From: a virus | Length of the DNA: 64,000 bases | Strand: one strand, 5' to 3' | Virus record (IMG/VR): IMGVR_UViG_3300037423_001547 | Part shown: positions 8,001 to 15,385 of the stretch, piece by piece | Layout: each line of letters starts with the position of its first letter | How positions within the stretch are numbered: position 1 is the stretch's first letter | Notes under the pieces: generated by a model | Databases searched by the model: none | The model's input: only the letters and a program-made list of their open reading frames with translations | Told to the model about the DNA's origin: nothing | Translations under genes and position numbers: made by a program

Positions 8001-8453
8001 CTACACGGCCGCCGGGACGGGCACGAGAGCACGAGCCTGCTCCATCAGTCCCGCGTCCTCAACCGCGAACCTGCCGGCCGTCACCCGCAGGTGCCCGTAG
8101 TAGGCGCTGTCGAGGTCGACCGTGCGGGTCATGTCCAGCGACCACGAGGCCTCGGGGACGTCGATCGTCCCGGCCTTACGGACAGTGCGGGAGCCCGAGC
8201 CGGTGCACGCGAGCCAGCATCCGGCGCGCTGCTCATGCTGGCCCTTCCACTCGCCGACGAACCCATGCCGGGCGGCCATCGCGAACAGATCACCCGGTTC
8301 GTGGACGTTACCTTCGACGGGGATGACGCCGAGGACGGCGGTGAGTCCGCCGTCGGTGGTGGTGTAGGCGAGGACGCAGCGGGAGCTGGTTTCCCAGTCG
8401 TGGAGGAACGGGAAGATCGTGACGCGGCCGTGTCCCTTGATGTCTCTCGCCAT
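8001..8453 (-). CDS. hypothetical protein (150 aa)
   Basis: ATG 8453 preceded by GAGAGGA. Globular-looking composition with no motif I recognise. Confidence 0.6.
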   Translation of the reverse strand: MARDIKGHGRVTIFPFLHDWETSSRCVLAYTTTDGGLTAVLGVIPVEGNVHEPGDLFAMAARHGFVGEWKGQHEQRAGCWLACTGSGSRTVRKAGTIDVPEASWSLDMTRTVDLDSAYYGHLRVTAGRFAVEDAGLMEQARALVPVPAAV

Positions 8454-8473
8454 CGCGTGGTCCTCTCTTCGGG

Positions 8474-8510
8474 GTGTCGGCCCCGCCACTGTACGGGCGG
8501 GGACCGACAC
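8474..8510 (-). terminator. hairpin after the GRDP-like gene
   Basis: GTGTCGGCCCCGCC (8474-8487) pairs with GGCGGGG-A-CCGACAC (8496-8510), directly downstream of the stop at 8518. Confidence 0.6.
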
Positions 8511-8517
8511 ACTTATC

Positions 8518-8994
8518 TCAGTTGGCGTGCCCGCAGTCCGGAGGGTTGCCCGGAACGCCGTCGTCTCCGCAGGTGTCCTCGCAGTCGACGCGGGTGTCCT
8601 GCCACAGTTCCGGCAGCACCACGTAGCCGGCGCGCTCGATCGCTTCCACGGTCAGTGGCAGCACCGTGGCGGCCGGAGGGTACGCAACCCCCTGGCTGTC
8701 GCACGGGTTGTGATGGACCTTCGGCCAGCCGTGTGAGTCGAAGAACTGGTCGTACTCGCGGGTGTACTCCAGGAAGGCGTGCCAGCCCATGTCGACGGCT
8801 GGGCTCATGTAGAGCGTCGGGCTTCCCGCTGGCTTCTGCGCGCAGGTGGCCAGGTAGGCGAAGATCTGGTCGGTGACCTGGACCGCCAGTTCCCGGGCTA
8901 TGCCGTTCTTGGTCATGACCCGTCGGATGAGCCGCTCGAAGAAGACGGGCTCTGCCAGAGATCGGCCGGTCACGCGTACTGCGGTTGCTGCCAT
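8518..8994 (-). CDS. glycine-rich-domain-protein-like (DUF1399-like) protein, function unknown
   Basis: ATG 8994 preceded by AAGGAGAG. SPAVDMGWHAFLEYTREYDQFFDSHGWPKVHHNP resembles the WHxH...Y signature of GRDP/DUF1399 proteins (from memory). The C-terminus is Cys/Asp-rich. Confidence 0.55.
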   Translation of the reverse strand: MAATAVRVTGRSLAEPVFFERLIRRVMTKNGIARELAVQVTDQIFAYLATCAQKPAGSPTLYMSPAVDMGWHAFLEYTREYDQFFDSHGWPKVHHNPCDSQGVAYPPAATVLPLTVEAIERAGYVVLPELWQDTRVDCEDTCGDDGVPGNPPDCGHAN

Positions 8995-9033
8995 GCTCTC
9001 TCCTTGCGTAGGTGGAGTAGTGCACGTGCGGTG

Positions 9034-9073
9034 GGGTCTGCCGCCGGGACGGGGTAGCACCGGCGGCAGACCC
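9034..9073 (-). terminator. strong hairpin (14-bp perfect stem)
   Basis: GGGTCTGCCGCCGG (9034-9047) pairs with CCGGCGGCAGACCC (9060-9073), downstream of the 9646-to-9147 gene pair. Confidence 0.7.
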
Positions 9074-9146
9074 GCGGCCTCCCACGAGGGGGTCGGCGAG
9101 GCCGCCCGGCACCGTCTTGCCGCGGTGCCGAGTCTGAGAGGGGCTG

Positions 9147-9308
9147 TCAGTGGCCGCGCGGCCGTGTCGGGTACCGCTGATGCGGCACAGCCTGGCAGCG
9201 CTCCTTGTGGACGTACACGGTGTGGCCTGGGCCAGTTGGCGCGATGTGGTCGACCCGCCGGTATTCCTCGTCGGGCAGGATCGGCTGGTCGCAGCGGGCG
9301 CACACCAT
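9147..9308 (-). CDS. small CxxC protein (53 aa)
   Basis: MVCARCDQPILPDEEYRRVDH...VHKERCQ. The ATG overlaps the upstream stop (ATGA at 9308). Below the ORF-track cutoff as a separate ORF. Confidence 0.45.
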   Translation of the reverse strand: MVCARCDQPILPDEEYRRVDHIAPTGPGHTVYVHKERCQAVPHQRYPTRPRGH

Positions 9309-9646
9309 CAGCGGCGTCCTTCCCGGATGAGGCGGCGCAGCCCGCGCCCGACCTGGCAGTGGTCGGCGTTGTCGACGCACTGTTCGCACAGGGGGCCGTG
9401 GTCGAGGAGCGCCCGGTACGCGGCCGTGCCGGTACAGGAGCGGCAGCCGCGAGGGAACCAGGAAACAGGCTCGCCGACCCGCTTGAACTTGCGTGGGCCG
9501 AGGTCGACCGCCGTGCTGGGGGTGAGGGCGATGCCGTCCCATACGCAGGTGTAGCCGCGTACCTGGTCCTGCGACAGGCTGTTTATCGGCGGCAGGTCCA
9601 GTAGGGCGAGCACCTCCGTCAGGGTGCTCGCGGTCTCGCTCGGCAT
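9308..9646 (-). CDS. Cys-rich hypothetical protein (112 aa)
   Basis: The C-terminal half carries CRSCTG...CEQCVDNADHC, which looks like a metal-binding arrangement. Confidence 0.6.
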   Translation of the reverse strand: MPSETASTLTEVLALLDLPPINSLSQDQVRGYTCVWDGIALTPSTAVDLGPRKFKRVGEPVSWFPRGCRSCTGTAAYRALLDHGPLCEQCVDNADHCQVGRGLRRLIREGRR

Positions 9647-9716
9647 GGGTCAGGCCTCCACGGTCACGGTGATCCGTCTCACACCACCGACCGTAGAAGC
9701 CGGGCAACGCCGCAAC

Positions 9717-9734
9717 GCTCACAAATCTGTGAGC
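9717..9734. promoter_or_regulatory. dyad GCTCACA-N4-TGTGAGC
   Basis: Perfect 7-bp arms between the regulator stop (9745) and the next gene start (9646). It could be an operator or a short terminator. Confidence 0.4.
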
Positions 9735-9744
9735 GCTGTGAGTG

Positions 9745-10929
9745 TTACAGGCCGACCCAGGCCGCCATGTGGTTCAGCGTGTCCGGCGTCCGACGGGCCA
9801 CATGTACCAGCCCGCGGATCGTCTCCCGCGCGCCAGGGTGGTAGCGGGTCTGCTCCGGCGCCGCGTGACGGGCATCGACCAGCGACTGCAACGCCGCCTC
9901 CGTGTGCCCAGTCTCCATCTCCGTGCGGGCCCGGTCGATGAAGAAGTGGGCGCGGCGGCTGGTGGCGAGCGACGGCGGCAGCTTGATCCTGCGGGCCTGC
10001 GTCAGTGCGGCGTCGTAGTGACGCATCTCCACGGCCGCCGACATCCGGTGCAACATCACATTGGTCGGGCCGAACGACAGCCAGTGAACGTCGGAGGCGT
10101 CCCCGATCCGCTGCGCGATCTGCCGTGCCTCGGAGATGTGGCTGACGACGGTGCTCGTCTGCCGGGCCCGTGCTGCGATGACGGACGCCCCGAGGTGCAG
10201 CTGTCCCATGACCGCGTGCGCTTCGCGGGTGGGTTCGGCCTGCGCAACGGTTGTGTGCCCGGACGCGATGAGTCGCTGGCCGATGGTGTACTCGCCCTCC
10301 CGGAAGTAGACGAGGGCGCGCATGTACTGGCGGACCGCCCCCAAGCACGGGTCCGAAGCACGCTCGGCAGCCCACGCCATCCGGTCCAGGGCGACCGCCG
10401 ACAGATCGTAGTAGCCGAGCTTCACGCTGATGTCGTGGGCGGTCCGGTACGTCGAAGCCAGCGCCTGCCACAGCTCGGTCGACGGCATTGCCCAAGCAGT
10501 GTGCGTGAGTTCGGCGATCGCGCCGGGCAGTGCGCGGGCGGCGTTGCGGAGGTGGGTGGCGCGCACCTGCTCGCACAGCCGGTCCGCCTCCGTGATGAGG
10601 ACGTCGGCCGGCCGGGCGCGCAGGTCCGGGTTGGCGCCGAGGTCGTACAGGTCGAGGGCCTCGCGGATCGGGCGGACCAGTTCGGCGAGCCGGTCGCGTT
10701 GGAGTTCGGTCACGTAGGGCTGTCCCGTGAGGGTGGTGACGTCGACCTTCAGGGCGTGTGCTACGGCTGCGACGAAGTCGGCTGTGGCGGGGCGGGCGCC
10801 GCACTCCACTTGGTTGAGGAGGCTGTACGAGTAGGGGATGCGGTCGGCGAGTGAGCGTTGGGTGAGCCTGGCCAGTTTGCGTTGTTCGCGGATCCGCGCG
10901 CCGGTGTGGTCGTCGTCCAGTGTGGGCAT
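9745..10929 (-). CDS. XRE-family regulator with long helical-repeat (TPR-like) C-terminal domain
   Basis: N-terminus GARIREQRKLARLTQRSLADRIPYSYSLLNQVECGARP is an HTH_31-type motif. About 300 further residues form an Ala/Leu/Arg-rich helical domain, an architecture common in Streptomyces. Confidence 0.85.
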   Translation of the reverse strand: MPTLDDDHTGARIREQRKLARLTQRSLADRIPYSYSLLNQVECGARPATADFVAAVAHALKVDVTTLTGQPYVTELQRDRLAELVRPIREALDLYDLGANPDLRARPADVLITEADRLCEQVRATHLRNAARALPGAIAELTHTAWAMPSTELWQALASTYRTAHDISVKLGYYDLSAVALDRMAWAAERASDPCLGAVRQYMRALVYFREGEYTIGQRLIASGHTTVAQAEPTREAHAVMGQLHLGASVIAARARQTSTVVSHISEARQIAQRIGDASDVHWLSFGPTNVMLHRMSAAVEMRHYDAALTQARRIKLPPSLATSRRAHFFIDRARTEMETGHTEAALQSLVDARHAAPEQTRYHPGARETIRGLVHVARRTPDTLNHMAAWVGL

Positions 10930-10993
10930 ACTGGTCTCCGTTCTAAGCAGCCACTTGGAACAGTACCCACGCAGGGCCGTGTGGGTGATGCTT

Positions 10994-11024
10994 CCGCCCC
11001 CGACTCCGCCCGGAGCGGGGGCGG
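10994..11024 (+). promoter_or_regulatory. GC-rich hairpin in the leader of the flavoprotein gene
   Basis: CCGCCCCCG/CGGGGGCGG plus inner CTCCG/CGGAG. It ends 22 nt before ATG 11047 and sits in a divergent intergenic region, so it is not a simple operon terminator. Confidence 0.4.
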
Positions 11025-11046
11025 TTGCATGTGATCAGATACCGGC

Positions 11047-11595
11047 ATGACCTCTCGTGTGCTGTACCTGTTCGGCTCGGCGGCTCCTCCGGTCTTCGAC
11101 ATCGCGGCCGTGATCCGGGATGCGCAAGCGCGTGGGTTCGACGTGTGCCTCGGCCTCACTCCCACCGCGAACCGGTGGCTCAGCGAGCAGCTCCCCGACC
11201 TGGAGGAGCTGACCGGGCGCCCAGTCCGGTCCGAGTACAAGCTGCCCGGCGAGCCCGACGTGTGGCCCAAGGCCGACGTCATCGCCGTCGCGCCGGCGAC
11301 CTTCAACACGGTCAACGCGTGGGCGCTCGGCATCACCCGGGACTTCGTTGTCGGTGTCGTCGCCGAGGGCATCGGCAAGGGGATCCCGATCGTGACCATG
11401 CCCTGTGTGAACGCGGCCTACGTGCAGCACCGGCAGTTCGAGCGGAGCGTCGGCGAGCTACGGGAGATGGGGGTGCAGGTGCTGTACGGGGAGGGCGGGT
11501 TCGTGCCGAACCTGCCGGGCCAGGGAAAGCCGAAGGAGTATCCGTGGCACCTGGTGCTCGACACGGCAGAGCGGATTGCGGCGTCAACCCCGTAG
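11047..11595 (+). CDS. HFCD-family flavoprotein (CoaC/EpiD-like cysteine-decarboxylase fold)
   Basis: VLYLFGSAAPP...GLTPTANRWL...VAPATFNTVNAWALGITRD...MPCVN matches the flavoprotein (PF02441-type) signature as I remember it. 182 aa. Confidence 0.75.
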   Translation: MTSRVLYLFGSAAPPVFDIAAVIRDAQARGFDVCLGLTPTANRWLSEQLPDLEELTGRPVRSEYKLPGEPDVWPKADVIAVAPATFNTVNAWALGITRDFVVGVVAEGIGKGIPIVTMPCVNAAYVQHRQFERSVGELREMGVQVLYGEGGFVPNLPGQGKPKEYPWHLVLDTAERIAASTP

Positions 11596-11604
11596 GCTTG
11601 GATC

Positions 11605-11787
11605 ATGTCCCCCGACCCTGCCGTCTCTGGCACCGTGCGGTCGTCTGTCGTCCTCAACGCGCAGATACGGGCCCTGTGGCAGCGTGGCGGCGGCCAGTTG
11701 GGGACAGCCGAGCTGCGGGCGGAGTACGAGCGGCTTGTCGTCGAATGGGCGGCAGCAGTACGGCGCGAGACGGCTGAGGCGGTGTGA
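11605..11787 (+). CDS. hypothetical protein (60 aa)
   Basis: Follows the flavoprotein gene after 9 nt. Helical composition with no Cys. Confidence 0.45.
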   Translation: MSPDPAVSGTVRSSVVLNAQIRALWQRGGGQLGTAELRAEYERLVVEWAAAVRRETAEAV

Positions 11788-11817
11788 CGAAGCCCCGCCT
11801 CCGCCGCGCGGGCGGAC

Positions 11818-12018
11818 TCACGGCTCCTCAGGCCACACAGACAGCTCCTCGCCGGTCTCCTCATCGACGAGGGCGACCCGGACGCCGGGCATGCTGCCGT
11901 ACTCGCCGACCCAGCCGATGAACTTCCGGCGGGCGACTTCCTCGCTACCCCACCAGCCGTGCTGCACTGGCCGGCCGTGCGTGGCGAGCAGGAGGTGGTA
12001 GCGGCCTGGGCTGGTCAT
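11818..12018 (-). CDS. hypothetical protein (66 aa), downstream partner of the LexA-DBD gene
   Basis: ATGA overlap with the upstream gene at 12015-12018. Trp/Gly-rich (HGWWGSEEVARRKFIGWVGEYG). Confidence 0.6.
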   Translation of the reverse strand: MTSPGRYHLLLATHGRPVQHGWWGSEEVARRKFIGWVGEYGSMPGVRVALVDEETGEELSVWPEEP

Positions 12019-12233
12019 GCGAGCCGGATCCCGCGGTAGCGGCCGGGCTCGCGGACGATCGCGCGCTTCGCTTCGAGTTCGACGAGCTGGTAGTGGACGG
12101 AGGCGCGGCTACGCAGGCCGACGGCGGCGCCGATCTCCCGGATGCTCGGTGCTTCGCCGTGGTCGGTGATGTGCTGGCGGATGGCGCGGAGGATGCGCTC
12201 CTGGGTGTCGGTGAGGTGGTCTACGCGGTGCAT
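12015..12233 (-). CDS. LexA N-terminal DNA-binding-domain-only protein (72 aa, no peptidase domain)
   Basis: LTDTQERILRAIRQHITDHGEAPSIREIGAAVGLRSRASVHYQLVELEAKRAIVREPGRYRGIRL matches the LexA winged-helix domain. The ORF stops where the hinge and S24 domain would begin. Confidence 0.75.
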   Translation of the reverse strand: MHRVDHLTDTQERILRAIRQHITDHGEAPSIREIGAAVGLRSRASVHYQLVELEAKRAIVREPGRYRGIRLA

Positions 12234-12241
12234 GCAACGAC

Positions 12242-12257
12242 TAGAGCACGTGTTCGA
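12242..12257 (-). promoter_or_regulatory. SOS-box-like operator
   Basis: The minus strand reads TCGAAC-ACGT-GCTCTA. The left half is perfect and the right half matches 4 of 6 positions of the actinobacterial TCGAAC-N4-GTTCGA box. It is 9 nt upstream of ATG 12233, with ATAAAAT just upstream. Confidence 0.45.
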
Positions 12258-12284
12258 ATTTTATGGCAAGGTGACGCACCAGGC

Positions 12285-12317
12285 AGGGCCCCGCACGCGC
12301 GCGGCGGACGGGGCCCT
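12285..12317 (-). terminator. hairpin ending the late operon
   Basis: AGGGCCCCG (12285-12293) pairs with CGGGGCCCT (12309-12317), abutting the stop of the last late gene. Confidence 0.6.
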
Positions 12318-12595
12318 CACCGGTTGCTGATCGTGAGGTGGATCGACCGCTCGTCGATCAGCCCCCCGACAGTGGTGATCTGGCAGACCAGCGTGTACGC
12401 GCTGTCGACCGTCCCACCCGACACCCGCTGAGTCACCACCGTGCCCGTCACAACAGGCGCCCCGACAGCAGTAAGCCCGGCAGGCACGGTGACCGTCGCA
12501 GAACTGATCGTGTCAGCGACCTCCGCGAGCCACGCCGACCAGTCCCAGGTGTAATCCAGCAGCGCGGAAGGATCCTTGACGTAACTGTCGGCCAC
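12317..12595 (-). CDS. hypothetical virion-associated protein (92 aa)
   Basis: Last gene of the late operon with a beta-rich Thr/Val composition. Confidence 0.6.
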   Translation of the reverse strand: MADSYVKDPSALLDYTWDWSAWLAEVADTISSATVTVPAGLTAVGAPVVTGTVVTQRVSGGTVDSAYTLVCQITTVGGLIDERSIHLTISNR

Positions 12596-12600
12596 GCGAC

Positions 12601-13665
12601 CTACCTCCGGATTATCAGGGTTCGCGGCTCGGCAGCCACGGCCAGGGTTCGGGATTCGGCGGCCACAGTCAGGCGCCGCCGCTCGGCGGGAATCATGAGG
12701 GTGCGCTCCGGGCTGGGCACGGTGGTGGACGGCACGGTGAGCGGGCGCGCCGTGTCGACCTCCAGTGCGGGCGTCAGAACCGCCGTCTTGACGCCTACGA
12801 GGGGTAGTGCCGTCTCCACGGATCCGGCGGCGGCCAGCGTCGCCGTGACAGTCGACGCGAGCGGCTGGGCGGCCTCGACGGATCCGGCTGCCCCGAGCGC
12901 ACCTGCCTTCACGCCGACGAGGGCCTGCGCGGTGTCCTGTTCGACAACCGGTACGAGAGTAGCGGTCTTGGTACCGACGAGCGCCTGCGCGCCGTCGGTC
13001 TCCGAGGCGATGCCGAGCGTGACTGTCTTGCTGGCGACCAGTTGCTGCGCTGCCTCGGTGGCGGATGCGACGCTGAGCGTTGTCGTCTTGCTGCCGGTCA
13101 GCGTCTGTGCGGTCTCGGTGGCGGACGCGATGCCGAGGGTCGCGCCGTTGACCACATCCGCGGCGGTGAAGTCATCGAAGCGAAGGGAGGACGTGGATTC
13201 AGCGCGGACGCCGACGCTGGTGCCGGTCGTGACAGCCGAGTCGGTGACGGAGATCCGCAGGGTCCCGTTGATGTACCCCTTGATCGCGGTCCCGACGACT
13301 TGAAGTTTCACGACGTCGCCCGCTACGGCGGCCGCGGCGTAACTGCCGATGCTGGTGAAGCTGCCGCCGACCACCGAGAAGAGGTTCCACGAGGTGCCGT
13401 CGTTACGGAGCAAGTAGCCCTGGGTGATGTTCGCGTTGCCTCTGGCCCATACGCCGTGGCTGACGGCTGCTGTGGCGGCGATGGTCATCTGGACTGAGTG
13501 GTCGGAAGTGGCCATCGCTCCGGCAGCGCGCAGGATGATCGTGCCGCCCGCCGAGCCGCTGCTGAGTTGGTTGGAGATGATCGACCAGTCGCCGGACACC
13601 TCAACCCACCCGGCCCCCAGGTCGGTGGAGTTGGCGCGGTTGAAGTCGTCGCTGAAGCTGGCCAC
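12601..13665 (-). CDS. lectin-fold-like protein with seven 20-aa tandem repeats (fibre or decoration candidate)
   Basis: The N-terminal ~170 aa look like a concanavalin/LamG-type beta sandwich (weak call). Residues 176-315 form 7 exact 20-residue repeats (TLGIASATETAQTLTGSKTT etc.). Confidence 0.7.
   Translation of the reverse strand: MASFSDDFNRANSTDLGAGWVEVSGDWSIISNQLSSGSAGGTIILRAAGAMATSDHSVQMTIAATAAVSHGVWARGNANITQGYLLRNDGTSWNLFSVVGGSFTSIGSYAAAAVAGDVVKLQVVGTAIKGYINGTLRISVTDSAVTTGTSVGVRAESTSSLRFDDFTAADVVNGATLGIASATETAQTLTGSKTTTLSVASATEAAQQLVASKTVTLGIASETDGAQALVGTKTATLVPVVEQDTAQALVGVKAGALGAAGSVEAAQPLASTVTATLAAAGSVETALPLVGVKTAVLTPALEVDTARPLTVPSTTVPSPERTLMIPAERRRLTVAAESRTLAVAAEPRTLIIRR
12721..13140 (-). 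repeat. 7 x 60-bp in-frame tandem repeat
   Basis: Period-20 peptide repeat with a conserved T-L-x5-(E/D)-x-A-Q-x-L-x-G-x-K-T pattern. Confidence 0.75.
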
Positions 13666-13692
13666 GGGTGCCTCCTGCTCGGGCCGCCGGCG

Positions 13693-14145
13693 TTACGCGG
13701 TGGAGCTGGCCCGGAAGAAGTCGTTGATCGTCAGCGAGAAGTTGTTTCCGTCCGGCGTCCAGGTCAGGTCGTGCTTGGTGAGTGGGATGAGGTCGGCGTC
13801 GGTGCCGCCCGTGGTGTCGGGGTCGTAGCAGATGACGAGGGCGCCGATCGGGTTGCCGGTTGGCGACGTCCACGTGACGTCCGCGGCGTCCAAGGCGATG
13901 CGGTCGTTGGTGTCGTCGACGGTGACCGTGACGCTCGCGAGGGTCTTGCGGCCGACGGTGGTCTGTTCGTTCGTGGTCCCGGCAACCAGCGAGGCGAAGT
14001 CGTCCTTGTCGCGCAGGACGGAATCTGCCTCCAGACCGCTGGACTCCAGGGCGATCAGGATGAGGGCGTCGTTCGCGGCGGGCAGTGAGGCGTAGTACGC
14101 CACCTTGCCCAAGGCGATGTTGAAGGTGATGGTGGCCATGCTCAC
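13693..14145 (-). CDS. hypothetical protein (150 aa)
   Basis: Well-balanced, beta-rich composition, located in the post-lysis block. Confidence 0.65.
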   Translation of the reverse strand: MSMATITFNIALGKVAYYASLPAANDALILIALESSGLEADSVLRDKDDFASLVAGTTNEQTTVGRKTLASVTVTVDDTNDRIALDAADVTWTSPTGNPIGALVICYDPDTTGGTDADLIPLTKHDLTWTPDGNNFSLTINDFFRASSTA

Positions 14146-14150
14146 TACTC

Positions 14151-14780
14151 CTATACGTACTGCCTGCGCTGGGGGTCCAGCGCCAAGGCCTGCGGACTCT
14201 TACCGTCGTCGGGATCGCTGGGCTGCGGAGCGCCGTCCTTCCGGCACACCAGCGCATCCGGATCCCACGACGGCACCTGCGGCGAGTAGCCGGTCGGGCA
14301 TGCGGGGCCCGCAGGGCCTCGCTCTCCCTGCGGCCCTTGCTCTCCCCTGGGACCAGCCGGTCCGGGCTCGCCTTGCGGGCCCTGCTGCCCGGCCGGCCCG
14401 ACGGGACCCGTTGGGCCGGTCGAACCGGCGGGTCCCGTCGTACCGTCGGTCCCGTTCTTCCCGTTCTTGCCGGGGGAGCCAGAGGGGCCGGGTTCGCCCT
14501 GTGGTCCGGTCGGTCCTTCAGGACCCGGTGGACCAGTGACGGTCTTACCTGGTTCGCCGCGAGATCCGGGCGGTCCCGCGACGGGCTTCTCACCGAGCTG
14601 CTCCACCTGCCGGGCGAGCGCGTCACGGGCGGCATTGGCCGTGTGCAGTTCATTGGTGAGGCCCTGCACGCTCAGCACGATCCACGCAAGCGCAGCCCCG
14701 AGCATCAGCGCCGCTGTTATAGCCAGCACATCGCCGCGGCGCCACCGCCGCTCTTCCGCCCTGACTTGCACCCGGCTCAC
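14151..14780 (-). CDS. membrane-anchored collagen-like repeat protein
   Basis: GTG 14780 lies 2 nt after the upstream stop. There is a TM segment ([21 protein letters not shown]), then about 100 residues of uninterrupted G-X-Y triplets ([11 protein letters not shown]...GERGPAGP) and a C-terminal globular part. Confidence 0.75.
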   Translation of the reverse strand: MSRVQVRAEERRWRRGDVLAITAALMLGAALAWIVLSVQGLTNELHTANAARDALARQVEQLGEKPVAGPPGSRGEPGKTVTGPPGPEGPTGPQGEPGPSGSPGKNGKNGTDGTTGPAGSTGPTGPVGPAGQQGPQGEPGPAGPRGEQGPQGERGPAGPACPTGYSPQVPSWDPDALVCRKDGAPQPSDPDDGKSPQALALDPQRRQYV

Positions 14781-14782
14781 GA

Positions 14783-15073
14783 TCAACGCCCCTGTGTCAG
14801 CAGGATGATGACGGGGAGAAGGATCCCGACGAGCGGCACGATCACCGCGCCGATCAGCCACCTGCGGGTGGCGACCAACTTCTCGGTGTCCTTCTCTCTC
14901 AGGGTCTCCAGCGTTGCGACCCGTGCGGCGAGTGCTTCGTGCCGCAGGTCGTAGATCCGCTGGTCGACTTTCTCGTCCATGCGGCGGCCGAGCTGCTGGA
15001 TGTCGTCGCGGACGTCGGCGAACCTCTCGTCGAAGCGTCTGACGACTTCACCCAGCGTCGGCTCGTCCGGCAC
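14783..15073 (-). CDS. lysis-cassette membrane protein (C-terminal TM anchor)
   Basis: 96 aa with a charged coiled-coil N-terminus and a C-terminal TM ([21 protein letters not shown]). Directly follows the holin. Confidence 0.65.
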   Translation of the reverse strand: MPDEPTLGEVVRRFDERFADVRDDIQQLGRRMDEKVDQRIYDLRHEALAARVATLETLREKDTEKLVATRRWLIGAVIVPLVGILLPVIILLTQGR

Positions 15074-15085
15074 GTGCAGCTCCGA

Positions 15086-15352
15086 TCAGACCCGGGGAGC
15101 GGAAGAAGCGGAGTTGGTGAAGCCGATCCCGCGGGCCAGCAGCCCCTTCACGAGGGACACGACAGCGGCGACCCCGGCCGTGCCCACCGCCTGCCAGAAG
15201 CTGACGTTGAACATGTCCGCCGGGCCGGCGGCAAGGGCGACGCTGGCGACCGCGGCAAGGAAGGTCCAGATGACGCGTTCGGTGAGGTCGATGGCGTAGG
15301 TCTTGGCGGTCTTCACGATCGTGTTGACGTCGGGCAGGGATGGAGTGGACAT
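15086..15352 (-). CDS. holin
   Basis: 88 aa with two hydrophobic helices (IWTFLAAVASVALAAGP, AVGTAGVAAVVSLV). Immediately downstream of the endolysin. Confidence 0.65.
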   Translation of the reverse strand: MSTPSLPDVNTIVKTAKTYAIDLTERVIWTFLAAVASVALAAGPADMFNVSFWQAVGTAGVAAVVSLVKGLLARGIGFTNSASSAPRV

Positions 15353-15385
15353 GGGTTCTCTCTTCTGTGGGTTGGAGTGGGAGGG

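Noticed and set aside
9719-10854. ORFs 9719..10804 (minus) and 9742..10854 (plus) overlapping the XRE/TPR-like regulator
   Set aside because: One is an alternative frame and the other is antisense, both with Arg/Pro/His/Gly-rich products. The 9745..10929 frame has a clear HTH motif and helical-repeat composition.
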